Of a stretch of DNA of 64,000 nucleotides, positions 23,510-37,442 are shown in pieces; position 1 is the stretch's first letter, and each line of letters starts with the position of its first letter. The notes under the pieces are model-generated. The model did no database searches, was not told the origin of the DNA, and was given only the letters and a program-made list of their open reading frames with translations. A program made the position numbers and the translations under genes. The DNA is from the human T2T-CHM13v2.0 reference genome, Homo sapiens. The stretch is taken from NCBI RefSeq assembly GCF_009914755.1, contig NC_060947.1, one strand, 5' to 3'.

Positions 23510-24680
23510 GTTATTTTTAAGTAGCCTTATTGAGGCATGATTCATATGCCATAAAAGCCACCTATTTAAAGTATACGATTCAGTGAGTTTTAGTATAAGT
23601 AGCACATATTTTAGTATATAAGTGGTATATATTTCTGTATATTTAGTATATTCATAGATATGTGCAACCATCACCCCAGTCAATTTTAGAACATTGCATC
23701 ATTTCACAAGAAACCTGTTTCTTTAGCTGTTATCCCGTTTACCCCCCAATTTCAACTTCCCACCCTCATGCCCACCCCCTGCCAGCCCTAAGCAACCACT
23801 ACTTTCTGTCTCTAGAGATTTCCATATTGCAGGCATTTCATATAAATGTAATCATACAATAGTTGCCCTTTTGTGACTGTTTTTTTCACTCAGCATAATT
23901 ACTTCAAGGTTCATCCATGTTGTAGTGTATATCAGTACTTCATTCCTTTTTATGGTTGAATAATATTCCATTGAATGATTATAGCACATTTTGTTTATCC
24001 ATTTGTCTGTTGGGGGACATTTGAGTTGATTGGGTCATTTAGCTATCATGGATAATGGTGCTATAAACATTCATGTACAGATTTTTGTGTGAACATGTCT
24101 TCATTTCTATTGGGTATGTACCTGGGAGTTGAATTGCTAGGTCACATGGTAATTCTAAGTTTAATTGTTTGAAGAACTGCCAGCCTGTTTCACAAAGCAA
24201 AGCACTCCTTCCCTTTGACCATGAGGATTCCAATTTCTCCACATCCTTGCCAACATTTGTTATTGCCTGACTTTTTTATTATAGCCTTAGTAGGTGTGAA
24301 GGTGGTATCTCACTGTGGTTCTGGTATGAATTTCCCTGATGTGTAATGATGCTGAGTGTCTTTTTTATGTGCTTGTTGGTCATTTGTGTATCTTTCTTGA
24401 AGAAATATTTATTCATATCTTTTGACCATCTTAAGATGTGGGGTTTTTTTATATTAAGTAGTAAGAGCCCTTTATATATTCTGAGTACAAGTCCCTCATC
24501 AGATACATGATTTACAAGTGTTTTCTCCTATTTTGTGGGTTATCTTTAGATGGTGTCCTTTGAAGTACAAAAGTTTATTTTTATGAAGTCCAGCTTACCT
24601 ATTTTTTCTTTTTTTTTGTTTATGCTTTTGGTGTCATATTTGAGAATCCTTTGCCAAAACCAAGGTCACAAATATTTACC
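23510..24680 (-). mobile_element. L1MB-type 3' region
   Basis: gtgcaaccatcacc...tttagaacatt...ttcaaggttcatccatgttgtag and ORF2 remnants. Confidence 0.85.
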
Positions 24681-24811
24681 TGTTAAATGTTTATAAGAAT
24701 TATCTCTCAGTTCAGTAAATGCAGTTGGTAAATCTTTCTTCAGCACTTAGAACTATGTCTGGCACATAGTAGGTACTCAAATATTTGTCAAAACTTCTGG
24801 GATTATGCTAG

Positions 24812-25147
<336 letters not shown>

Positions 25148-25437
25148 GACCTTGGTGTTCTTTAAAGTGGAAGGTGGAGGAAAGATTAGACAGAATTATT
25201 TCCTTTGTGTTCGTGAGTTGTTTTAATAGGAATTTTTCCCTTTCATTACCTTAATTTAGATTTAGAACTAGAAGGCATTTGAACTTAAAATGGTGGTAGA
25301 GCAGTAGCATCATAAAGGTTGACATACTTGAGCATATGTTAAACCAGAAGTCTACACTTTTGAAAGAGAGATTATTGTTTTATCTGGCTTTCTCTCCTGT
25401 CTATAATCACACTCTCTCTCTGAGGTGTTTCTCTAAA

Positions 25438-25648
25438 GTGGTGGTTCTCAAAAGGGGGCAGTTTTGCCCCCCTCCCATATTTGGCAATGTCTGGAGACAT
25501 TTTTGGCCATAGCTGGAGGGGAGGATGATACTGGCCTTTCGTGGGTAGAGGCCACAGATGCTGCTAAACATCCTACAGTACATGAGACAACCCCTCACAA
25601 CAAAGAATTGCCTTGCTCAAAATGTCAACAGTGTAACCAACCTCTGCA
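25438..25648 (+). mobile_element. MER20 (hAT-Charlie)
   Basis: gtggttctcaa...atttggcaatgtctggagacattttt...tgctgctaaacatcctaca. Confidence 0.85.
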
Positions 25649-26815
25649 CTACTGGACTTACATAGCAGTAAGTCCTGTGAAGAAAAAATGGAGCGTTATG
25701 CAAAACTGTATATTTATTGGTGTTTGGAACCACCGTAGCAGAGCATGCGCAACACAATCACGTGAGAAGAAAAACATTCTCTATTGTGTACTATATAATT
25801 ATTTGAAGACAAAAGGTAGGTACCTCTTTATATAATTGTGTTTGAATGGATGGGATGATTTGTCTTTTGGTTAAATAATATCACCTGAATGCTGTGTAAA
25901 CTGATCCTTCATTTCTCCTGATTTGTATGTTTTATTTTCAGGTCTATAGAAGAGGAGGGAAAAACACACCTAGGAGTAAGTTATCCTGTGCTTTAAAGAC
26001 TAGCAAACAATGTCAGGCTTATAGTAGGTTTACTCACTAAATACTTATTTCCTTAATGAATGAATGAATTAATGAATAAATGAAATTTTATTGACTACTC
26101 TTGGGCTCAGTTATTTATTTCAACTCACCTCAATGGGAAAGTTTTTTTAAAACAATGTTATTTCTAGTCTACCTGTAGTGATTTAAATGTGCTCCTCCAA
26201 TAAATATGTGAAAAGATGGAATAGCAGATTTCACAAGGACTTGCTTATCCTAATGATAGTTCAATCATTATATTTTTGTGATCAGTTAGTTTGTCAGACA
26301 TTTTGGTTATTTAAATTTTTAATTAGAATTTTTTAAGCATGAATAAAAAAGATCTTGCCCTATATATATATAACAAAATATCCTTTCTTCACAACCAATG
26401 TAACTGTTTCAAGATCAAGCAAAGAAATGTAATAAATATTTTGCTTACCAGGTGAATTTTTGTTTTATTTATACATTTTTAATGTATTTTAAATACTCAT
26501 CTGAGTTCTAAGCTAAGATTTAAATCCACCATGTGTGAAGAGAAGTTCCCCTTGCTTAATTCAAGTGTATATTGGGCCTGATTTCTTGATTATCTAAGGA
26601 GGTAATTAGCTTATCAATAGTGCTATCAAATTCTTCTATGATAAAATATCAGCGATTTGTTTTTCATTTGAGAAACATCACTAATCTTTTCTGGAAAAAT
26701 AATTTAAAACAATTTTTTTTTTTGTCCAGAAAGTTTAGGTACTTGGGATATAAATAGAGGGAAAAGTCTTAAAGAGCAACTCCTAACATTTTAAAGAGTG
26801 TTTGAATTTGGGCAC

Positions 26816-27177
26816 TGTATTAGTCTGTTCTTAAGCTGCTAATAAAGACATACATGAGACTGTAATTTATAAAGGAAAGGGGTTTAATTGACTCACAGTT
26901 CCACATGGCTGGGGAGGCCCCAAAATCATGGCTGAAGGCGAATGAGCAGCAAAGTTACATCTTACATGGTGGTAGGCAGGAAAGCTTGTGCAGAGGAACT
27001 CCCATTTATAAAACCATCAGATCTTGTGAGACTTATTCACTATCAGGAGAACAGCATGGGAAAAACCTACCTTCATGATTCAATTATCTCCCACTGGGTC
27101 CCTCCCACAACAAGTGGGAATTATGGGAGCTACAATTCAAAATGAGATTTGAGTGGGGACACAGCCAAACCATATCA
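26816..27177 (-). mobile_element. THE1 solo LTR
   Basis: tgtattagtc...aaaccatatca with a perfect 5-bp TSD GGCAC (26811-26815 / 27178-27182). Confidence 0.95.
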
Positions 27178-27299
27178 GGCACATACTTTAGTTTATAGTT
27201 ATTCTTTTGCACATCAATACAATTCAGTCATTCACTGAATGTCTATTACATGTCAGGTATTGAGTAGTCAATAGAATGTGTACCAACGTTTACTAGCTG

Positions 27300-29450
27300 C
27301 TGCTTTTGGCATTTTACCTGCATTTTAAAATAACACATGTATTCTATTTCTCAACTTTTCAGTTTTAGATGTTATGTACTGTCTTCCCACTATGGAAGAT
27401 GAAGATTTAGCTCTCTTGCCCTTTTCTCCCATACTTGTATCTTCCCTATATTGTAGTAGACCCTAATATATCATTTTATCATTGTCATATTTTGGTTAGA
27501 GTGGTCGTCAGTGATTTCATTATGTTAATGACTAGGTAAACCTAGTCACAGCTGAGCCATGTAGTGTGTATATTATGATTACTTGCATAGCTTTTTGTTT
27601 TCTCTACAGTTAAGAATTGCCTTGTTTGGTCCTTTGCTTTTTAGTTGCGTGCTCACTCCTAATTTATCCCTGTACTTTCCCCAAGATCTGTTTCTTCACT
27701 CAGTCTGTTCAAACACTTCATGTGTCATATCAGATTCTTGTTCTCAGAGGCATTTCTCCCAAAGCTTTCTGATCTTCAATCTGGACTAGTATTTTCTGGG
27801 CCTTTGAAACAGTGGACATCAATATAGTCTCCCTTCACCATCATCCTGGTGAATCCTGTCTCCTTTTACGTTGGATCCTCGGTTTTTGAGATGTCATGTC
27901 TTTCTCTTCCTTGGTGTTTTTTTTTTTTTCATTTTGGTAGAGCAAGTTTAATAATTTTCTGGAAAAAATGATGTATTGGGGGTTAATTTTTTGAGCTCTT
28001 ACAGGTATGAAAATCTTATTTTTCTCTTGCACTTAATTTGATCATTTGGCTTAGTGTAGAATTGTAGTTTGGAAATCATTTATCCTCAGAATTTTTCTGT
28101 TTCTCCCTATTCCAAGTCTTGTTCTTGTTGTTGGTGTTGAGAAATCAGATGTTATTCTGATTCTTCTTGAATCCTGCTTTTCTTCTCTGAAAGTTCTTAT
28201 GATCTCTTGCTTGCTCTGAAATTTCACAACAATATGCTCTGGTATATGTCTATTTTAAACTATTTCCTGGGTACCCTTTCAATCTGGAAATTTTCTGTAT
28301 ACCTTTCAATCTGGTCCTTGAGTTTGGGGAAATTTTCTTTTGTTTTTTGTTTTCTTTACCTTCATTTTTTTCTGTCCTATTTGGATGTTGGACCTCCTAG
28401 ACTAATCCTCTAATTTTCTCCCCTTCTATTTTCTACCTCTTTTTCTTCTTGTTCTATTTCTGGGAGATCACTTCCACTTTATCTTGCTGCTATTGCATTT
28501 TTCATTTGTTTCATATGTTAATTTCTAGAAGCTTCTTTTTGAGGTCTGAATGTTCTTTTTTTCTAGCATCCTGTTTTTGTTTCATGAGTGTAATATAGTT
28601 TTAATATCTCTCTGAAAATATTAGTAATTTTTTTGAGTTTGCTTCTTCCTGCATAGTTTCCTTCAGACTGTTCTGTTTTCTGGCATATTACAGGCTTACC
28701 TCAAATTTCTGGTCATGTTTTGCTCTTTTTTCTGTACGTGTTTAAGAGGGGGCACTACGAAGCTGATTGGAAGCTCTTAGCCTGAAGTACGTGTTTATCA
28801 ATTGTAATTTGGGTGATTTGGCTGGGCAGTTGAGTTTTAGGACCAAGGTCAATATCTTTAGGTCTCTTCTTTTGGTCTCATCAGATATCCTACAGAAGAA
28901 TCTTCTAATTGCTCTCTGAGTAAAGAAGGTGAGAATATAGAAGTCTCTATATACAGTATATAAACCTTTGCTTAAGCTCCTGTTTCCAGTGTAGAATCCA
29001 TGTCCACTGTGCTTATATTCCCCAGTTCAGGGACCATCTCTTTCACCCTCCAAAGAATAAATATCTGAACCTATAGTAGAATGAGTAGAGGCCAGAGACA
29101 GGAAGTTGGTGGCGGGGGTGGGGGTGGGGAATCTAATTGTTTTTCGAAAAACTCTTACTGGAACCTACTTATTTTAGCTCCCCTTTCCTCCCTACTTCCA
29201 GGTGTGCATGGAGCTGCTAACCCCTGAGTCTTTTGGGGATGTTTGGGTGCAAATATTTTATTTTGTGCTTCTCTCACAGCTGCCATAAGATTTTGCTTTT
29301 TCTCAGCTTTGAAGAGATCATTGTGGTTGTCTCCTCTCTTTGTTATTGTAGGTTAAAAACATTCTTTTAGTGTCATTTCAGTGGAGTTTTGGGAGATAGC
29401 CAGGGTAAATGGATGTGTTCAATCCGTCATCTTTAACTGGAAGTCCTTTA
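27300..29450 (-). mobile_element. Ancient L1M/HAL1-like remnant
   Basis: T-rich degenerate LINE-like sequence (tagaattgtagtttggaaatcattt...gagaaatcagatg). Confidence 0.55.
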
Positions 29451-30576
29451 TATCTTTATCTCTACATCAGATGGTACTAATTAAATACCCAGTTGATTGT
29501 GAGTGATTGAATAGAGCATCTAAAACAGCAATAGTCGGGCTATTCTAATAAATATTGGTACCCAGTTTTCAATTTTTAAAAAGCTTTTGGATTTCAAGGG
29601 AAGTGTTCTAAGTTGGAACAGACTTACTAAGACACATCCTCTGTAAGGTCGTCTGGTCATCAGCGACTGGACAAATGGAAATGAAGCTCTGAAGGTTGCT
29701 GCTGCTTTTTCTGCCCCTCTTATTTCTTCCCACCAGATGAAGTCCCATGTGTCTTCTGACCTAATTCGGACCTTGCTGGATTAATTTAGTGTTTATAGTG
29801 TGGTGTGTGTGTTGGGGAGAGGACCTTGATGTTAAACTGATTATTGCTTGGCTGTTTTTCTTTTACTACAGTGATAACCCTTCATGGTTATTATGGGACT
29901 TGTACATTATAATCTGGAGTTTTTTCTTATTTTATCAACTTAATTTACTATACGCAATATACAGTTAGGATGTGTGAACTACCTTTTATAACATTTGGGG
30001 AACATTAAGTCTTTTTCACTTAGTCGTTGCTTAGAAATTAGCTGAATTTTGGTCTAAATAGAATGAAATACTCTTCTCCATTCTAATCACAACTAGAGTT
30101 CTTGATTTGACCTTATTGTGAGTTGCATTACTTATTCAGTGATTGTTCTTTATATACTGCTTTAAGTAAGTACCTCAGAAGGTGCTGAAAATTGAAAGTC
30201 ATTGTGACTGTGTTTCTTTGTTTAAACATGTTAAACTCTTGACATAGATGACTAATGCACTGCTAAACCCATTTGAAACACACTTTAAAAATATATTCTT
30301 ATGTATTTTTCTCCTTTAGTTCCATTACAGCAGCTTCCAATCTGAGTTACCTCCTCATTGCAAGCAGATTTTTGGAATGCTGCTCTTAAATTTCTTATTT
30401 TGGCTGTTATTCCCCTTGCCATGACAGAATGATTTTCATTCTTGGCTGAACATTTTTTTCATCTTACTGCAGAACCCCACTATTCATCAAGAAAAGGATG
30501 TAGAGGAAAAAGGAGAGGGTTTTCTTTGTTTTGTTTTTCCTTTTGGTTATTTGATCAGTTAAACAGGTAAGCATTT

Positions 30577-30692
30577 TATTTATTTGTTTATTGCCTTTTG
30601 AAACATTTATTATTTTATAGATTTAGGGAATACAAGTGCAGTTTTGTTACATATATATATTGCATAGTGGTGAAGTCTGGGCTTTTAGTGTA
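30577..30692 (-). mobile_element. Very short L1PB/L1MA 3'-end insertion
   Basis: tacaagtgcagttttgttaca...ttgcatagtggtgaagtctgggcttttagtgta; TSD aagcattt (30569-30576 / 30693-30700). Confidence 0.8.
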
Positions 30693-30876
30693 AAGCATTT
30701 AAAATAGTTTAAACATCACATTTTGACTCTGGAAGATTTTCTTTGGTGCTTTCTGCAAGATATAGTGGGATTTTCCCATCATCATCTGTTTCTAGGAGAA
30801 ATTCCAGGTGCCTTATACTAGAGGATGATGAGATGAGTCAGACACAGGTACTGGTGAACAGACATAGGTACTAGAT

Positions 30877-31400
30877 CAGTGATTCTCACCCTGTTTGCCC
30901 ATAGAATTGCCTAAGGGGCCCTAAAGAAGATACTTAGACCCCATCCTAAGAGATTCTGATTCAACTGGTCTGGACAGAGTGCCAGAATTGATATGCTAAA
31001 ATATGCTCCCAGGTGATTCAGCTGTGCAATTAGGATTGAGAAACATTGATCCAGGGAGAACTCAGTAGATAATAGTAGGCTTGGTTCACTTGAGCCTCCT
31101 GGATCTGCAGGTAGCTACGGAGTATCTAACCTAGTACTGGCAATATTAATTTGGTCTTCGTTGCCTGAGAGTCTGGAACCAGGCCTGCAGTGTCTTTCAG
31201 TAAACCAAAATGGCCTTGCACTCTTAGGAGACCATGCTAATCATTCCTGACTAAAGCAATGTGTATCAGAATCACCAAGGACATTTAAAAACACAGATTC
31301 TCAGCCCTATCTCATAGAGTTTAAGTTTTAATTGATATGAAGAGAAACCTGGGTGTGTGAGTTAAAAAAAAAAAATCCCAAGGTGATTCTGATTCCTGGG
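30877..31400. mobile_element. Two MER5-type MITE remnants (~30877-31050 and ~31250-31400)
   Basis: cagtgattctca...agagattctgatt...ccaggtgattc; tcagaatcacc...ggtgattctgat. Confidence 0.6.
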
Positions 31401-33049
31401 ATGTAGCTCTATGGGGCTGTGATGCCATTTGATATAAATGAGTTCTTACCTCATGAATGCTTTCCTATGATATGATCTGTGGTACCATAAAGCTGAATTG
31501 AGGAGAGTATTCCAGAAAACAAGATGTAGTCAATGTAGCATTTTTCTTACCCACTTAATTGGTCTTTGGCAAGGGTCTTCAAGTGAACTCTTGGAGTTTG
31601 GAGTAGTTTCCATTCCTTAGGGGGAATCTATTTTTTTTCACAGTTATTCTGAGAAGTTAGGGAAAAGTCTTGGTTTGTCAAAGACAAACCTCTGTCAAAG
31701 AGAGACCATAATCCAACATGTAAAACAAAACCCAGAATTCATTACTTACCAAAGTAAGAGACAGCTGTGTTAAGCATAGTCTGTGAGTGAAGCAGATTAC
31801 TGATCTTTTTGGGAAACATAGTGGTGTTTTGGTTACAGAGGCATGAGTGGTTGAACTTGACCTTAGAAGCATGGCTATTTGAGTGAGACTGTTGTTGATT
31901 GAGAAGCATGTTCACTGCAGTGTGTCTGCTGCTGATTTGCTGACCTTGAATCGTGTGAAGCTCATTGTAATTGGCTTCCAGAAGTGTGTTCCTGAAGCAA
32001 GTTGAGTTGTCATTGATGATTAGTCTGAGGTGAATTGCCCTCAATCAAACAGGTTTAAAAGTTGGTGCTGGTGGTTACTAGTTACCATGGCTATTGAATA
32101 ATCAATCTTTTTCTCACCAGTAATACAGAGACTTTTATTCTTACCTCAGACTGCTATTCTTCTTAGTGAAATGAAGTTGCTTCTGCACCTCAATTCCCAT
32201 TCATTCTTCAAACATCATCATGATGATGTGTAGAACTCCTGGATCAGTTCATTGTTCTAATCACTCCATAAATACTTGATTGTTTATGATTTCCAGGGAT
32301 TAGACTAGGACTTCCCAAAGGTAGACCCCTTTGGGGTTGAAAAGGAACCCAAAGCTTGATAAGACTGTGGAAAATGTTGCTAAACATCCCTTCTACATCC
32401 CCATCTCTATTTGAGTTAAAGTTCTGTTTCTGGTGAAGCTTTTGCGGACTTCTAGCTCCTCCAGATTTCTGTTTCATATTTTGAACTGTATCACTCACTT
32501 GATATTCTTTTAACCATTGCATTCTATTGCAGAGGATTTAAAATTAGACTTAATGTGAAGTCTCGGCTAGTACCTTTGCTGTGTGACCTTAGGCAAATCA
32601 CTTATTCTCTCTGAGCCCCAGTTTCCTCTTTAGAATTGAGGATATCTATGATTACCCACCTCAGTCAAGTGTTGAGGGTCAAATAACATTCAAGTGCATT
32701 ATAAACTAAAGTGTGATACATATATATTTTGGAAACATTATTCCTTAGGGTGTAAAGTGTTTCTTTCCTAGTTTCTTGTACATGGGAGGTACTGTATCAA
32801 TACTTGTTAAATGAATAAATTGGTCAGAATATGCCCTATCCTGGAAATTAAGAATGATTCACTTTCAGGGTTTTATAGTTTGCTACCAAAGAGAGCTGAG
32901 TTAACAGAGTGGTTTGAACAGGAACCAAAAATAGGACTCACTGAGTTTGGTCCTGTCATTGGGATAAAGGTATTCCTATTTAGGATGAATAAATATAAGT
33001 CTGACACTTACAGTCAAATGAGGAATTGGTGACTTCCATTATTCTTTTT

Positions 33050-33720
33050 AAAATAAGCTTTTCTTTTTGGAACAGCTTTAAGTTTACAGAAAAATTATAG
33101 AGATAGTGCATAGAGTTCCCATATATCATACCACCATTTTTCCCTATTACTAACAGCTTACATTAATATGATACATTTGTTATAGTTAATCAGTATTGAT
33201 AAATTTTTATTATCAGAAGTCCATACTTCATTCCTATTTCATTAGTTTTTACCTAATATCCTTTTTCTATTACAGGCTACCCCATATTACATTTAGTAGT
33301 CATGTCTCCTTAGGCTCCCCTTGGCTGTGACAATTTCTCAGACTTTTCTTGTTTTTGACTGTTAATAGTTTTGAGGACTACTGCTGATGCATTTTGTAGA
33401 ATGTCCCTCAATTTGGATTTGCCTGATGTTTTTTTCATGATTACAATGTAGTTATGTGCTCTGGGGAAGAAGACCACAGAGGTAAAGTGCTATTTCAATC
33501 ATATCATATTAAGGATACATACCACCAACATTATTTATCACTGTTGATATTGACTTTGATCACCGGGGTGAGATAATTTGTCAGGTTTCTCCACCGTAAA
33601 GTTGCTCTTTCCTCGCTTCTCATACGGTACTCTTTCAAAGAAAATCACAATGCACAGTTCACACTTATGTGAAGAGTTATGTTCTACCTCCTTAAGGGTG
33701 GAGTATCTACCGTTATCTTT
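33050..33720 (-). mobile_element. L1MC-type 3' UTR
   Basis: catttagtagtcatgtctccttaggctcc...gggaagaagaccacagaggtaaagtgc. Confidence 0.75.
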
Positions 33721-33789
33721 ATTAACAAAGATGATTTTCATTCAACAAATGTTAAAACCAACAGTAAGTATTTGTTTAAACAAGTAGTA

Positions 33790-35400
33790 AAATACTAAAA
33801 TTATTTGAGCCGATCAGAAACTGGACAGAGATTCTTGTTTACCATTATTATTTATGACTTGGTTTATCTAGCAAATGCAGTAAGAAAAAATTAACATTGG
33901 AGAAAGAGATAAAATTATCTTTTTACAGATGTAGTTGTTGTAAACTAAATAACCCAAGAGATGTTAGGAAAAAACTACTAAGAGAATTTGATAAGATGGA
34001 TGGATGTAAGAGAAATATACAATAATTAATTTCTTTTTATTATTTTAGCATAAGCCTTAGGAAAGAGAGGAAGGCATTTCATTCACAGCAGCAACAGAAA
34101 TCATAATTACTTCAGAATAAAGTTAATAAGAAAGGCAAGGCTCTTATATGAAGAACAATAAAATCCTATCTTGGGTCATAAAATGAGATCTGAACAGATT
34201 AAATGATACCAGATGTTCTTGGGTGGGGAGATTTAGTATCATAAAAATATCAGTTTTCTAAAAATGTTTTTAATGTATTTCCCAATAGAATACTGACAGG
34301 ATTTGGGGGAGGGGGAGGAGATGGTACTTGATAAAACTGTATTGTTTACGTAGAAGAAAAAATACCTGAGAAATCAAGAGATATTTTCGGGAGGGAAAGG
34401 AAGTATATGCCTTATTATCAGAATATACTATTGTGGCAGGTAGACTATAAGATGTCCCCCATAATCTCACCTCCTGATATTCATGCCCTTGTTTAATCCC
34501 CTCTGCTTGGGTGTGGGTGAGACCTGAGACTGTCGTCTAATTAATAGAATATAATGAAGTGATCACATGCATATGACTATGTGTGCATGATTTTATTACA
34601 TAAGATTGTAAAGTCTATCTTGCTGAAAGACTCTGTTCCTTTCTGGCTTTGAAGAATCAAACTTTTATGTTATGAACTGCCCTGTAGAGAGGGCCACATG
34701 ACAAGGAACTCAGGGCAATCTCTGGCTGACAGCTACCAAGAAACTAAGGCCCTCAGTAACCAGCAAGCAACTGAATGCTGCCAATAGTCAAATGATCTGG
34801 GAGGCAGATTCTTCCCCATTTGTACCTCAGATGAGACTACAGCCCTGTCTGATGCTTTGATCGAAGCTTTGCAAGGCCCTGAAACAGAAGACTCAGCTAA
34901 GCTGTGCCCAGATTTTTGACCCACAGAAACTATGAGATAATAAATGTGTTTTGTTTTGAGCTTCTACATTTGTGGTAATATTGTTATGGAGCAATACAAA
35001 ATTAATACAACTCTAAAATCAATTCAATATGATGTTTGCTTAGAAATACATAGGTCGGTGGAACAATAAAGAATCCAGAAATAAATTCTAGTGAATATGA
35101 TTTAATAAATGAAAAGGAGCATTCATTTCAGTGAGAGAAACTAGATTTAAACGATCCTGATACTACGGGATATCTATATGTGAGAAAATAAAATTGGAGC
35201 CCTCACTTAGATGATATGAAAACTTCCAATTAGTTTAAATGCTCAAATATAAAAATAAAATCCTATGAGAAAATGTACATACCATATGTACAAATTAGGA
35301 GAGAGACTGCCTTATGTAAGCTGGAAATTTGGAAGCAATTAAATAAAAAATAAATGTGGTTATAAAATTTTTAAAAATTATGTGACAAAAGGTACAATAA
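33790..35400 (+). mobile_element. Ancient L1ME ORF2 remnant split by MLT1E
   Basis: A-rich degenerate ORF2-like sequence on both sides of the LTR. Confidence 0.55.
34432..35009 (+). mobile_element. MLT1E-like MaLR solo LTR
   Basis: TGTGGCAGG...aataca with TSD actat/actct; AATAAA at 34939-34944. Confidence 0.85.
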
Positions 35401-35598
35401 AGTCAAACAGTTGTAGTGGGATAAAAAGCTTGTCAGACTATTAATTAATATACTGCTTCCTTCATTCAGAAAGCTTTGTTTAAAAAAAAGTCTGTTTACT
35501 TTCTGGTACAAACTTCTTCTCAATGTGGACTGACAACAGTTTGCTGACCAGACACTGGTTTGTCCACTAACCACACTTTGGGAATTATTGCTCTAGAG

Positions 35599-35814
35599 AA
35601 GTGGTAGGCAAACGTTTTCTGTAAAGGGCCAGATAGCAAATATTTTATTTTATTTATATTGTGGGCCATATAGTCTCTGTTGCAACTAGTCACCTTTGCC
35701 ATTGTAGTGTGAAAGCAGCATAGACAATATGTAAATGAATGAGTAAGGCTATAGTCCAATAAAACTTTATTTGCAGCCAGATTTGACCCATGGGCTACAA
35801 TTTGCTGATTCCTG
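35599..35814. mobile_element. MER58A
   Basis: ggcaaacgttttctgtaaagggccagatag...aagcagcatagacaatatgtaaatgaatg. Confidence 0.85.
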
Positions 35815-35944
35815 TTCTAGGGGATACAACTAGAAGGAAAGTCCGATCCTTACCCTCAAGAATTAAAATCTAAAGTTTAATATGGGCCTATTGGAGTGGG
35901 AATGAAGAAAGGCTCATGATTTTTATCTTGAAAGAGCTGGTAAC

Positions 35945-36230
35945 GCACTGTCTAATAAATTAACCGCCTGAGCACTTCAAATGTGGATAGTCCAAACTTG
36001 GGATGTCTCTATGTGTAAATACCAGACTTTAAAGAGTTAGTATGAACACTGTAAAATATCTCATTTTTTACATTAATTGCATGTTGAAATGGTAATATTT
36101 TGGATATAGTGGTTTAAATATACTAGTAAGATTAATTTCACCAGTTTCTTTTTACTTTGAATGTGATTTTTGATTGAAGCTTTGTAATATGCTAATTTAA
36201 AGTTAGATATGTGCCTCTTGGACAGCAATG
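35945..36230. mobile_element. MER33/MER3-type hAT MITE
   Basis: gcactgtctaata...catgttgaaatggtaatattttggatat...ttggacagca. Confidence 0.65.
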
Positions 36231-37118
36231 AACTGTAAGAGAGAGAGCTTGTGGGGCTGGGGAATTTGGAAAGGTCACGTGGACAGAGTTCACTTGGAGA
36301 ATGACAGGATTTTGACAAGTGGTTCTTGGAGAGGATAATGAAGGCTATCAGCAGAATGGTTTCTGTGTTTAGGACAGGAATAAGTTTAGCTGTAATAAAA
36401 AGTGAGGCATGCAGCAAGTCTAGGTAAGTAGACATAAGCCTTATTGTGGGTTGATTGCATGAGTTAGGGTTTTGGGCCTGCTTTGGCCAGTAGGTGAAGA
36501 CTAGTCCATACTTTTGAGCAGGGAGCAGTAACTTTGGGAGCTACACTTTGCAGGCCTTATCTGGAAGTAGTAAGTTGGTTGGGTTGAAATAGGAAAAGCA
36601 AGAAGTGGTGAAACCAGGTTAACTAGGTAAGAATGAAGGTCTAATATAGGGTGACAATGGGAATGAAGAATGGAGGACAGGGGACAGCTACTTCATGATG
36701 TGGCAAGAATATTTGTGAGAGAGAACCCCAGTATTCTGTGCTTAAAGAGCATGGATGATGGTGATACTCTCATGAAAATGCAGACCTTAGAAAAAGCGGG
36801 TTTGAGACTAATATGATGTGTTCCATTTTGCATGTGTTTAGTTTGAGACAAAGGTAGATTTAAAAGATAGGCTGGTTCTCAGAAGCTTGTTTGCCTATAT
36901 TTTTCATTGATAGAGGTGGCCCTAGGAAATTATTTATTTTTGACCATCTCTATACTTCCTCACCCTCCCCACCATCTGCCATGGTCACAGTTGATTGACC
37001 TGGAGAGCAGATCTGACCTTTAAATATTTGTTTGTTGGGTGTTCAGTGGAACTTGAGATAATCAGCCTTGTAAGATGTGAATGGAGAAGTTCTTTTTTAG
37101 GCATTCAAACTCAAGATA

Positions 37119-37442
37119 TTCATGTCCTTTGTAGGGACATGGATGAAGCTGGAAACCATCATTCTCAGCAAACTATCGCAAGGACAAAAAACCAAACACC
37201 GCATGCTCTCACTCATAGGTGGGAATTGAACAATGAGAACAATGGACATAGGAAGGGGAACATCACACACCGGGGCCTGTTGTGGGGTGGGGGGAGGGGG
37301 GAGGGATAGCATTAGGAGATATACCTAATGCTAAATGATGAGTTAATGGGTGCAGCACACTAACATGGCACATGTATACATATGTAACAAACCTGCACGT
37401 TGTGCACATGTACCCTAAAACTTAAAGTATAAAAAAAAAAAA
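37119..37442 (+). mobile_element. L1PA4/5-like 3' end, sense to TSPAN7
   Basis: ttcatgtcctttgtagggacatggatgaagctggaaacc...cctaaaacttaaagtat plus A12. Confidence 0.95.
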
